From a virus, in IMG/VR virus record IMGVR_UViG_3300030090_007212, positions 32,001 to 96,000 of that record: DNA of 64,000 bases, one strand, 5' to 3'. The notes beneath the pieces were generated by a model. The model was not told the DNA's origin. It did no database searches and saw only the letters and a list, made by a program, of their open reading frames with translations. This document shows positions 30,264 through 40,092 of this stretch, one piece after another. The first letter of the stretch is position 1; each line of letters starts with the position of its first letter. The translations under genes and the position numbers were made by a program.

Positions 30264-33200
30264 CTATAAAATTTTAAAATATCCATCTTGATTACAATTC
30301 AATGGGCTATATGATAAATTCAAATCATAAGTTCCTGTTTGATTTATTGTTATGGTTATTGTTTTAATTTCATCTGCAGTTGCTACTGTACTAGTACCGT
30401 TTTGAATACTAACTCCTAACCCACCTAAATTAGATGACATACCTATTTGTGCTACGTTAGGTTGTGTAAGTGTAGTTGTTCCTCCGTTATATAAATTTAA
30501 ACCACCAGCTCCTTTAGAATTACTAATAGGGGGTATAGTTGGACAAAACGTTCCACCAAATAAACTTAAAGTTATAACTGCAGGTGCATTAAATACATTA
30601 ATTAAAGCGGTAGCGGCCATTGAAGGGAATCCGTAACCTACTCCTTGTGTTCCACTTATAGTGTAATTAGTAATAGTGGTAGTTGGTGTAGTTTGTGAGT
30701 TAGATCCCACATTACCACCAGTACTTAAACCACCACCCGGAGGATTAGCCAGTCCTGTTGTTCCACCAATACCAATAGGTGTAGTGTTTCCTATGTTACC
30801 TCCTGGGGTATTTACACCACCCGACCCACCTGATCCACCTGGTGTTCCGCCACCTCCTGTTTGAGAAGCGATTAATGTTTCACCTAAACATGTTTTATAT
30901 ATACTAAAAGGATTAGTAACTTCATGCCTTAAATTGTTTTGATTATTAGTGTTCTCTGAAGCGTCATCATTAGATGCACCTATACCTTGTAATGTCACTG
31001 CGTTTATTTTATCTGCAAAGAATTTCCCTACTGTTTTATGTAATGCTGTTTTACCTGGCAATAAACCAAAATATAAATAATATGGAGTTTGACTTCTATT
31101 AAATTTAATTCCATATATAGTACCACTACCATTAATTCCATCATCTACATCGTCTACACCACCACTATGTGCATTTTGTCCAAATGTAATTAAAGGTGGG
31201 GTAGTAGAATTAGGGAAATTAACAAAACTTGATGTTTGTCCAGGCGCTAATCCATAAAAATAGTCTGACCCTGTTGGGTTAGTGTCTTTATAAAATCCAC
31301 AAGCGTCTCCAGGGACAAACGCATCCCCATCATTGTAGGTAGATAATATAGGGTCACCACTGGAAAAATCATCTACTAATCTATAATAAGTAGGTGTGCC
31401 ATCCACTAAAGTAATTTCATCATATGTTTGGTAATCATTTTCAAATTCATTGGATCCTGGTCGCATATAATGTACATTTAAATCACCATCTTTATAACCA
31501 GAGAATCTTCTACAGAAATATTCTCTAATTTCTGTATCATGTTCAAAACGCATAAAACAATTACTAATCTCTATTTCTAAATCGTTAGTATCTATAGTGT
31601 CTACCCCTATTTGGGATTGATTAACTGTTGCAGGTGTATTAAGACAAGTGGTTGCTAAACAAGAAAAATCTACGTAACCTCTTAAATTTAATGCCCCTTC
31701 TTTATCTTCTCCGTAATTTAAATCTTTTCTAATTCCAGGAGGATTTCCACTATTTGGTGGGGGTGTATAGTTATTAATAACATTATCAATCTTATATTTT
31801 ATCGCCTCATAACTAACTTGAAAAGTGGTTGGTTGTAATTTATCCATTATAAATGGAACATCATCTATATCACAATAAGTAGTACTACCTAATTCCGTAA
31901 TTGTTGTAGGTAACATTATATTTGCCTTATATTCTAAATCATTATAACTATAATCACCTTTGGGTATAATAGAAGTATAATATAATTCTTGATCATACCA
32001 CATAATGAGTCCATGTTCAATTAATTGACCATTATAATTTAATAATCCCTCTGGTGCGTTAGCACCTCTACAAGAACAAAAGGCATTACACCCTGCTACT
32101 GAATTTGTACCGCAAGTAGATCTACAACATTCTGCCTGCCATGACGTAGATAAATCATTTGGTAAACCTCCAAGACAGTTATATATACACGGGTCTAAAG
32201 GGTTAGGGGGATCAATGTCAGGTGGAAACACCATAGGTGCACCTGTGGAACCTAAAGAAGGTGGTGTATTCCAACAATCTAAACTATTTTTAAAATATTC
32301 TCCTCTTTCTATCATTCTAGTAGGGTCACATTTATTTTTATGTAAACCAAACCCACCTTGATTTTCCCAAGTTTCTGTCCCAAATTGATCAATAGTTTTA
32401 ACATAATCTGGTTCACCAAATGGGTTAGCCCCTACTTTAGTTTCTGCAACTACTTGTAACCCACTAATATTATTCAATGCCCCTTGTAAAGACGCATAGT
32501 TATCAAAAGTAATTTGACATTTTTTATCTGCATCATTTGTCCCATCTAATACTATTTGTTTTGCCGCTAAGTTTAAATTGTCTATACTATTACTATTATA
32601 ATCCCCATACCAATCACTTACTATGTTAGCATCTAACCGAGCACTACATCCTTGTATTGTCACTGTAGGGGTACTATACCCCACATCTAATTTTATTCTA
32701 TCCTGTAAAAAAGTAGCGTATCCTTGAAACTGAGGAGGATTAGCATTTTTAGTTAAACAATTATAATGACAAAATTTATCTTTCTTTATTTGTCCGAATT
32801 TCTTTTTACTCTTTCTAACTTTATATTTTCTTTTTATTAAAGGGAAATATAAACTACCACTTACCCAATCATTATAAAAATCAAATTTTAACATTTTTAA
32901 AAACACTGCCACAGGTTCTAATACACATGATACCCAATCTTTTATTATTGGAGTTTGTAATCCACCACACGTCCAACAACTATAAGGTTTAACATATGTA
33001 TCATTACACACATCTTTAGCAAATGGAGTTTTTAATATAGTAGGTTTAATGGTTATATCCTCTTCTTTACATTTTAACCCTATTAAAGGTATTTTTATAC
33101 AACATTTATCATCACAACAATCAAAGTTACTCCCACAACCACTTCCACCATCACAAGAAAATTCATCCCCACAGTAATTTTGACAAGGATCACAAAATAT

Positions 33201-35363
33201 CCCCGAGAATAAACATTGGAATTTTAACCCCCAACACCTACCTAAAAGTTTAATATAACCCGGATCACAGGTATTCCCAACACTACAAGTTTTACAATCA
33301 TTTACTGTTTGTGCTTCCATAGAAGATACACTACCCCCATAAAATGCCACTCTTTTACAACCCGGTCCTGGTGCGTACATACAAGAACCATAATTGTAAC
33401 ACCATCCCCCTGAATAATATTGACAACACGCCGCATTTACATTACCCCCCTGCCAAGAAACACCACTTTGATTATTTAATACATCCCACGTAAGATTGGC
33501 TCTATATCCTCCTCCCGGTCCGACAACTGAACTACATCCAGGTACACTATTTAAAGGGAGCATTAAATTTTGTAAACCTGCCGCATCATAACAATCCCTT
33601 AAATCGTTATTACAACTACCCACAGTATTAACATCATCACATTCTCCTTTAGCATCATAACATTCTGTAGTAAACATCTTTAAATCATTTTCATCATCCC
33701 ATACACCACCAGTATCATCGTATTCTTGTAACCTATATTTGATTTTAAATTGACCACCCTTTAAAGGATAACTACATATAAAAAATGGTATTTTGAATTT
33801 ACATAGTGCAGTTATTAATCCATTAATAATTTGTATTATACCATTTATAACCCCCACTAAATGTGCGAACAAAGAAAGTATAAAACATAATACACTATAT
33901 AATGGATGTATGTTAGTGTCTACCCTATTACTAGGAAATTTATTAACCCCATATCCATTAACAATATCTTTTATACCAATAAATGCTCTGGTTTCGTCTC
34001 TCTGACTCTTTTGAAATCTTCCTATGTATTGTTTAACAGTATAAACTTTTTTCCATCTAAAGGTAAAAAAGTCTTCAATGTAGTTATATTGGTTAGTAAG
34101 GTCATCTTCATATGGAGTATTTTGTGTGATAGTAGATAATTGTTCATTTATTTTCCAATGATCAGTATTTTGTAATGACCCATAAGAGTAAGACCCAAAA
34201 TTATAATTCCCCGTTAAATTAGGGACTAAAAATTTAACTCTTTGTCTTAATCTTTTATCGGTATCAGATTTATCCATTGATACTCTGAATCTAAAATCTG
34301 CTTCTGTTGCAATTCCTTTTATCCCATCAGGACTTGGTATTAAGTTACCAAATTCATCGGTAATTACTTTACGTAAATTCATAGGTAACTGGATTGACCA
34401 GTTTCCATTATCATCTATTGCATCACCATTAATCTCATAACTTTCTATAGTTCCATCAATTGTTCTTCGTATCGCCTCTAATTTTCCTGCACCAGTAATT
34501 ACATCATTCATCTTACCCATATCTTTATCGGGTCGACAATTTTTATTTACCGAATCTTTTTCATCATCGGAAAATATACTACCCATAAAAATGGCGGTAG
34601 GTATTAATTCTAAATCGATAGATATATCTTTTCTAACAATACCAATTGTACTACCCACACTCAAACTATCACACCAATAAGGGTGAACTGTTACGGATAT
34701 ATTTTGAGAATATATTTGGGTGAGATTATCTAAATTATTAGAGGATTTAAATTTAAATCTACTATCAAATAAATCTTCACTATAACCTTGTGCAATTAAT
34801 TCATAAGGTCTAGAAGATATAAATCCAATATCACTAACATCCATATCATAATGTAAGGTATGTTCCCCCACAGGAACCCCAAATAATATAAAATCTCCCG
34901 CCTGATTGGTGGTAGTGGTATATTTATAATACTTTTCATATATTTCTAAAGTTGTTCCATTGTCTAACATCTCTCTTTTAGAAGGGAAAGTTCCGACTGG
35001 GGTATGATCAAATGTTTGTTGTTTATTTGGTAATAAATTATAACGTATACCTCTATCATTTTTTTCATCATTAGTAGGTGAGGTATATGGATATATTGAA
35101 GATATGACTGGATTATTTAAATCCGCCTCTTCAATGGGCACAAAAATGGATACCTTTACATTAGGTACACCAAATCCATTATTAATGTCTATTCTTCCCG
35201 CAATTACCCCATAATCGGCACAGAAGTTTTGATACTCATCGGTTTGAGAAATTTTCAAACTTAGTATTTCTAGAAAATCATAGTGTTGATTTAAATCTAG
35301 ATTTACCTTTAAGTACCCATCATCTTCACCTGGTTTGGTTCTAATACGGTATGATTTAGACAT
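30264..35363 (-). CDS. 1699-aa structural protein: N-terminal carboxypeptidase-regulatory-like beta domain, hydrophobic helix, Cys-rich region, Gly/Thr linker, C-terminal Ig-like tip
   Basis: YGVIAGRI..GVPNVKVSIF..TTNQAGDFILFGVPVGEHTL; LYSVLCFILSLFAHLVGVINGIIQIING; GGGGTPGGSGGSGG. Confidence 0.6.
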   Translation of the reverse strand: MSKSYRIRTKPGEDDGYLKVNLDLNQHYDFLEILSLKISQTDEYQNFCADYGVIAGRIDINNGFGVPNVKVSIFVPIEEADLNNPVISSIYPYTSPTNDEKNDRGIRYNLLPNKQQTFDHTPVGTFPSKREMLDNGTTLEIYEKYYKYTTTTNQAGDFILFGVPVGEHTLHYDMDVSDIGFISSRPYELIAQGYSEDLFDSRFKFKSSNNLDNLTQIYSQNISVTVHPYWCDSLSVGSTIGIVRKDISIDLELIPTAIFMGSIFSDDEKDSVNKNCRPDKDMGKMNDVITGAGKLEAIRRTIDGTIESYEINGDAIDDNGNWSIQLPMNLRKVITDEFGNLIPSPDGIKGIATEADFRFRVSMDKSDTDKRLRQRVKFLVPNLTGNYNFGSYSYGSLQNTDHWKINEQLSTITQNTPYEDDLTNQYNYIEDFFTFRWKKVYTVKQYIGRFQKSQRDETRAFIGIKDIVNGYGVNKFPSNRVDTNIHPLYSVLCFILSLFAHLVGVINGIIQIINGLITALCKFKIPFFICSYPLKGGQFKIKYRLQEYDDTGGVWDDENDLKMFTTECYDAKGECDDVNTVGSCNNDLRDCYDAAGLQNLMLPLNSVPGCSSVVGPGGGYRANLTWDVLNNQSGVSWQGGNVNAACCQYYSGGWCYNYGSCMYAPGPGCKRVAFYGGSVSSMEAQTVNDCKTCSVGNTCDPGYIKLLGRCWGLKFQCLFSGIFCDPCQNYCGDEFSCDGGSGCGSNFDCCDDKCCIKIPLIGLKCKEEDITIKPTILKTPFAKDVCNDTYVKPYSCWTCGGLQTPIIKDWVSCVLEPVAVFLKMLKFDFYNDWVSGSLYFPLIKRKYKVRKSKKKFGQIKKDKFCHYNCLTKNANPPQFQGYATFLQDRIKLDVGYSTPTVTIQGCSARLDANIVSDWYGDYNSNSIDNLNLAAKQIVLDGTNDADKKCQITFDNYASLQGALNNISGLQVVAETKVGANPFGEPDYVKTIDQFGTETWENQGGFGLHKNKCDPTRMIERGEYFKNSLDCWNTPPSLGSTGAPMVFPPDIDPPNPLDPCIYNCLGGLPNDLSTSWQAECCRSTCGTNSVAGCNAFCSCRGANAPEGLLNYNGQLIEHGLIMWYDQELYYTSIIPKGDYSYNDLEYKANIMLPTTITELGSTTYCDIDDVPFIMDKLQPTTFQVSYEAIKYKIDNVINNYTPPPNSGNPPGIRKDLNYGEDKEGALNLRGYVDFSCLATTCLNTPATVNQSQIGVDTIDTNDLEIEISNCFMRFEHDTEIREYFCRRFSGYKDGDLNVHYMRPGSNEFENDYQTYDEITLVDGTPTYYRLVDDFSSGDPILSTYNDGDAFVPGDACGFYKDTNPTGSDYFYGLAPGQTSSFVNFPNSTTPPLITFGQNAHSGGVDDVDDGINGSGTIYGIKFNRSQTPYYLYFGLLPGKTALHKTVGKFFADKINAVTLQGIGASNDDASENTNNQNNLRHEVTNPFSIYKTCLGETLIASQTGGGGTPGGSGGSGGVNTPGGNIGNTTPIGIGGTTGLANPPGGGLSTGGNVGSNSQTTPTTTITNYTISGTQGVGYGFPSMAATALINVFNAPAVITLSLFGGTFCPTIPPISNSKGAGGLNLYNGGTTTLTQPNVAQIGMSSNLGGLGVSIQNGTSTVATADEIKTITITINQTGTYDLNLSYSPLNCNQDGYFKIL

Positions 35364-35367
35364 CCTT

Positions 35368-35772
35368 TCAATTTAATTCTGCTTTTTTGTTATCTTCAAT
35401 ATCTTCGTAGACTTCGATATCTAATAGTTCACTATTTTCGTCATATCCACCATTATTTTTGAATTGTTGTTCTCTTTTCTTTATTTCCTTTTTAATCCTA
35501 AATTGTTGTAATTTCACAAATAAATTGGTGAATCCATTACGGAATCTTTTATTAATCCCATTAACTGATTTAGGTATAAAGAAATGTATAAATACTTGAA
35601 AAACTAACGCCAATACTATAAAGGGTATTGCTAATACTACCGCTATAAAGGTACCTACTTTAATTAAAAAGTAATCCGTTACATTGGAATTCATTAGTTG
35701 GTCGGATACTAAACTAATATTATCTTTTTCTTCTTGATTTTGATTCTGTTGATTACATGTACTACATCCCAT
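35368..35772 (-). CDS. Small membrane protein with N-terminal MGCxxC
   Basis: MGCSTC followed by a ~30-aa hydrophobic stretch FLIKVGTFIAVVLAIPFIVLALVFQVFIHFF. Confidence 0.7.
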   Translation of the reverse strand: MGCSTCNQQNQNQEEKDNISLVSDQLMNSNVTDYFLIKVGTFIAVVLAIPFIVLALVFQVFIHFFIPKSVNGINKRFRNGFTNLFVKLQQFRIKKEIKKREQQFKNNGGYDENSELLDIEVYEDIEDNKKAELN

Positions 35773-35824
35773 AACTTTATTTTTTTACTTAAAACTAATT
35801 AAAAAAACGAAAAAGTAACTATTA

Positions 35825-37648
35825 TTATGTACTAACACTTACTTTAATGTCCTTATTTGGGTATTTTACCTCAAACATTCCATTAGGGATTCCAAATAGA
35901 GTATATCTATTTAATAAGTCAACTTGACGTGTGGCATCATCTAATAACGGTTGTGCTATTTCATTAAAAGAATATTTTCCATTCTCATTAACTTTATTAT
36001 ATATTCTTAAATCCGTTACATTTAATACCCCTGCAACATTGTTTATATTCTCAATTAAATCAGATAGGTAAATATTATCACCCATATCCCATTTATTGAT
36101 ATCCATATAATCGGTAATTGAAGTTATTACTCCTGATATGATTTCCCCTTTAGGTATATTCTTATCAACAAATAAATCAACTTCAAACCCTAAATTTATT
36201 ACTTGCCCATTCTTTATGGTTACGTAATCATTTATCATTCTATAATCTGCCAAATATTCGGCAATATTTTCTTTTAATGTAGAGGTGGATTGTGTAGTTA
36301 ATTTTCCATTCTCATCTAATGCAAGTATAGAAACATTAACTTTATTTCTTTCCTCCCAAACACCAGTCCTAAATGGAACCCCATATCTACCCGGCATTAA
36401 CTTTACTCTACTTTGATAATCTTTTATTGTCACACATCTATGTTGTGATGAAAAGTTATATCTAACTAAATTTCTAATTTCTTCTATTGATGGTTGTCCT
36501 AACCCTCCCATTGCAGGGATTGGGTTGTTAATAGTTAAACTTTCTCTTACTTGTGTATTAATATTACTATCATTACCATTAACGATGAAATTAATTACCC
36601 CTAATTGGGTTAATACGTTAGGCCCAATGTTAGAACTATTACCACCCCCTACTCTGTATCTAATAAACATAGTATTACTCACAGGTGGGATATCTCCCAA
36701 TGATGAATTATTAATTAAATTTCCTATTCTATCTATTTGACCTCTACACCCCACAAAATCATTTAATGCGGAAGTATCGGCTTCACCACCACCGAAAATA
36801 ATTCTACAAAATCCATTATCCGTAAAATCTTTTATAAATCTTTGTGGTGCATTTTTCCATTTACCAGGAGAAATACTACTATTATCACTTAATGTAGTAT
36901 CATCAGTAGTATAAATTTCTGCTTGTGCTAACGCTGGTACTTCATACCAATTATTTTCAAACGCTGCCCACTCACTTTCGGTTGGGTTAGTAGTAAAATT
37001 AGTTCCTTCTTTAGTAATAATGTTTTCAATAGATAATACATTATCATCAGGTAATATAAGTTCATTAAAAGGTTTATAATCTTGTATTTCAATAATCTTT
37101 TTAAATATTTTAGTAAATCCATTTAAAACTATTTCTCTTTTTACTAAATTATAACTTTGTATTTGACCACTACTATCAATATTAGGTAGAATTAATCTAT
37201 TGGGTATACCTCCTGTTGTAAATGGAGATGTAAAGTCACAATCTTCCATTAATTCAAATACTTTACCTGCACCATTTGCTTGGGATCCTTTAAGAATTTT
37301 AGGTGCGTAAGATAAATCAAAGGTGTCTCCTTTTACAGGAACTGTTACTGTCCAATCCACAATTGTAATACTAGGTCTCTTTCCCGGTACATTCAATCCG
37401 AAAGTTCTAGCTAATTCTAATAAAGACGATCTTTCTTGAGCATAATCTATTTGAGTTTCATTAAACATTCTATCGGTTTGGAAAGATAACATGTCTCCTA
37501 CCGCAGCATTTAACTCTAATAACATCATACCCACAGAGGCATCATTAAAATCAGAAAATACATCTGGATAATATTGTTTAATAAATTTTACTAACTGATC
37601 CCTTACATCAGCGAAATTTCTAGCGTTATAATCAATTTTCTTTATCAT
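35825..37648 (-). CDS. Baseplate wedge subunit (T4 gp6 / P2 gpJ-like)
   Basis: DYNARNF..FSDFNDASVGMMLLEL..AQERSS, IIFGGG, YRVGGG..N, QHRCVTIKDY; adjacent to gp25. Confidence 0.88.
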   Translation of the reverse strand: MIKKIDYNARNFADVRDQLVKFIKQYYPDVFSDFNDASVGMMLLELNAAVGDMLSFQTDRMFNETQIDYAQERSSLLELARTFGLNVPGKRPSITIVDWTVTVPVKGDTFDLSYAPKILKGSQANGAGKVFELMEDCDFTSPFTTGGIPNRLILPNIDSSGQIQSYNLVKREIVLNGFTKIFKKIIEIQDYKPFNELILPDDNVLSIENIITKEGTNFTTNPTESEWAAFENNWYEVPALAQAEIYTTDDTTLSDNSSISPGKWKNAPQRFIKDFTDNGFCRIIFGGGEADTSALNDFVGCRGQIDRIGNLINNSSLGDIPPVSNTMFIRYRVGGGNSSNIGPNVLTQLGVINFIVNGNDSNINTQVRESLTINNPIPAMGGLGQPSIEEIRNLVRYNFSSQHRCVTIKDYQSRVKLMPGRYGVPFRTGVWEERNKVNVSILALDENGKLTTQSTSTLKENIAEYLADYRMINDYVTIKNGQVINLGFEVDLFVDKNIPKGEIISGVITSITDYMDINKWDMGDNIYLSDLIENINNVAGVLNVTDLRIYNKVNENGKYSFNEIAQPLLDDATRQVDLLNRYTLFGIPNGMFEVKYPNKDIKVSVST

Positions 37649-37650
37649 AA

Positions 37651-38034
37651 TTAAAATGTTAACTGTATGGTATCTGAACTACTAAATGTACCTTCAGTAA
37701 CAGTATATTTTAGTTCAACTATTATTAATTCTTGTATATCATCATTTCTAAATGTTATATCATTAACATATAGATTTGGTATATATTTTTTAATTGTTTC
37801 GTTTAAATTATTTCTAATATCATCATGTGTGATATTATCGTTTGGCTCAAAAATATATTTTCTTAAATCACTACCAAAATCAGGTAGATATAACCTCTCC
37901 CCTTTATTTGTTAATAATAGATGTAATAAGTCCGATCTAATAGCATCTTTATCTGTACTATTTAATTTAAAATAATACCCGTTTTCACTATCTCTAAAAG
38001 GGAAATCAATATTTATATATCTTTTATCTGCCAT
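37651..38034 (-). CDS. Baseplate wedge/sheath-initiator gp25-like protein
   Basis: IDFPF, LLLTNKGERLYLPDFGSDLRKYIFEP. Confidence 0.9.
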   Translation of the reverse strand: MADKRYINIDFPFRDSENGYYFKLNSTDKDAIRSDLLHLLLTNKGERLYLPDFGSDLRKYIFEPNDNITHDDIRNNLNETIKKYIPNLYVNDITFRNDDIQELIIVELKYTVTEGTFSSSDTIQLTF

Positions 38035-38039
38035 TTGTA

Positions 38040-38049
38040 TATAAATATT
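38040..38049 (-). promoter_or_regulatory. Putative late promoter AATATTTATA heading the baseplate operon
   Basis: 5 nt upstream of the gp25 ATG and just downstream of the nrdJ terminator. Confidence 0.65.
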
Positions 38050-38084
38050 CTACAATAAATTTTTTAAAAGAAAAGTATTAATAT

Positions 38085-38114
38085 AAAAAAAAGGTACCCA
38101 TAAGAGTACCTTTT
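38085..38114 (-). terminator. Rho-independent terminator after nrdJ
   Basis: Minus strand AAAAGGTAC-TCTTATGG-GTACCTTTT continuing into a T run. Confidence 0.8.
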
Positions 38115-38137
38115 AATTAAATATATGTGTGAGTTAA

Positions 38138-39997
38138 TTAAGTAATTTCACATGCACCACCTGCACAAGCTAACTCTGAAGTTAAAGTAGTTTCATCTTT
38201 ATCTTCTACAATTTTAGATAAATCTATATCTTGTAAGAATTGAAACATTCTTTCGTATTGTTCCTCAGTTATATCCTCAAAAGGGGCTTGTACATACGTT
38301 CCACCATCATATGGTAATACAGACAACCCATTATAGTGTTCTCTATTATCCCACATCCATTCACCTGCCAATTCCCAATCTTCTTCTTTCAATGAGATGG
38401 TTGCAGATACATTATGACTATTAGAACCATTTCTATGTCCACTTTTAACCCATTCCGTTGCCACTTTTTTCACTCTTTCTAAAAGTTCGAAAGCAGATTC
38501 AGTTCTTAAAATAGAACCTTCTGGTGCGGCTTGAGGGATAGATATTACTGCAGTATCATGTCCACGAAAATAATCATCTTCTACTAATTCAGGATGATTT
38601 TGTTTTAAGTATGTATAAATAGATTCATTTTTACCTACTCTTATTCTTCTAATATAGAAGTCATTATGCCAGGCATGTATACCTGATGAAGTACCTAATG
38701 TTAATGAAGTTGTCCCTGCAGGTTTAACTGTAGTTGTTCTAGCAGCTTTATTAATTCCTAATATTTTAGCAACTCTAGAATTTTCCCTTTTAACAACGTC
38801 TGCAGCTTTAGACATATCATAACCTAATACTCTTCCTGACCCTATTCCTGTCATTGATACACCAATCAACGCATCTTTTTCAGTAGTTTCTCTCCATATA
38901 TCTCTTAGATAATGGAAATCAGTGTATCCAGCTTGTAATGTACCAATAAATGCTGCAGCTTTAACTCTTTCGTTTAAATCTTCTTGAGATTGGATGTTAC
39001 TCACATTTACTTCACATAGATTACAGAATTGGTAAGGTCGTAGAGCAATCTCACAACAAGGATTAGTTCCCCAATCTTTATCATTATTTAAATAAATTCC
39101 TGGTTCACCAGATTGACTCAATTCAACTCTTTTCCAAAGATTCATAAAAAACTTTTTAGTAATTTTATGTCTCATTAAACAAGCTGAATTATTTGCTCTA
39201 CCTCTTTGTGGGTTAAGTTCCCACCAGTTTCCTGATTTACAACCAATCATTAAATCATCATCTGCACTAAATAAACTAATTAGTGCCGCTCTTCTTATAC
39301 CACCTGCCAATACTGCATCTGCAATATGACAAACAATATCATGAACTTCAACAGTAGATAATTTATCACCATCTTCATGATTTTCTAAAATACCAGTAAT
39401 CTTAAGAATACATTCTTTTAATGGTTGAGGTCCCGGTGCTTTACCACCAGATGTTATTAATCTCGCACCTTTAGGGCGAATATCAGAATAATCAAATTCA
39501 ATTCGTGAACCTTTACCATTTAAGTATGATTTCATTAATACTTTAATCGCATCTGCCCAACCTTCAATAGAATCTCCAATAAGGAATCTTCTTTTTCTTT
39601 TAGGGTAAGGTTTATTTACGGGTGGTAATTTTTCAACGTGATGTTTTTGTACGGAATAACCTACACCAGTTCCACCTAATAATAGGAACATACACTCACT
39701 AAAGGAATCGATATGGTCAATAGGCATATATGCACAATTATAAATTCTGTTTGGGGATATCTCAATTGGTTTACCACCAAATTGCATACTCCTCATTGAG
39801 GGTAATACTTTCTTATCATATACAAATTTATAATTTTTTTCAATATCCTCTTTTAATTCAGGATATTTCTTAATGTGCATGTTTTTATTCCTGGTGACTA
39901 ACTCTTCCCAAGTTTCTCTTCTATTAAAATCGGGTAGATATCTAGCATATTTCATGTAGACTGTTATATCCGATAAAATCTTATTTGACAACTTCAT
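38138..39997 (-). CDS. nrdJ: Class II (AdoCbl-dependent, monomeric RTPR-type) ribonucleotide reductase
   Basis: PSMRS..IYNCAY, GGIRRAA, TNPCCEI..FCNL, TTVKPAGT, C-terminal CAGGAC; no NrdB partner. Confidence 0.93.
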   Translation of the reverse strand: MKLSNKILSDITVYMKYARYLPDFNRRETWEELVTRNKNMHIKKYPELKEDIEKNYKFVYDKKVLPSMRSMQFGGKPIEISPNRIYNCAYMPIDHIDSFSECMFLLLGGTGVGYSVQKHHVEKLPPVNKPYPKRKRRFLIGDSIEGWADAIKVLMKSYLNGKGSRIEFDYSDIRPKGARLITSGGKAPGPQPLKECILKITGILENHEDGDKLSTVEVHDIVCHIADAVLAGGIRRAALISLFSADDDLMIGCKSGNWWELNPQRGRANNSACLMRHKITKKFFMNLWKRVELSQSGEPGIYLNNDKDWGTNPCCEIALRPYQFCNLCEVNVSNIQSQEDLNERVKAAAFIGTLQAGYTDFHYLRDIWRETTEKDALIGVSMTGIGSGRVLGYDMSKAADVVKRENSRVAKILGINKAARTTTVKPAGTTSLTLGTSSGIHAWHNDFYIRRIRVGKNESIYTYLKQNHPELVEDDYFRGHDTAVISIPQAAPEGSILRTESAFELLERVKKVATEWVKSGHRNGSNSHNVSATISLKEEDWELAGEWMWDNREHYNGLSVLPYDGGTYVQAPFEDITEEQYERMFQFLQDIDLSKIVEDKDETTLTSELACAGGACEIT

Positions 39998-40092
39998 TTT
40001 CTTCTCTATTTTTTTTCTTATTATTTTATAGGGTGTTAAACCCCACTATGATTATATACACTATAATCATTTTAAACGTATAAAAAAACTTA

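Noticed and set aside
40040-40075. Possible NrdR boxes or cobalamin riboswitch upstream of nrdJ
   Set aside because: Only half-sites (CACTAT) match the NrdR palindrome, and the gap is too short and AT-rich for a B12 riboswitch.
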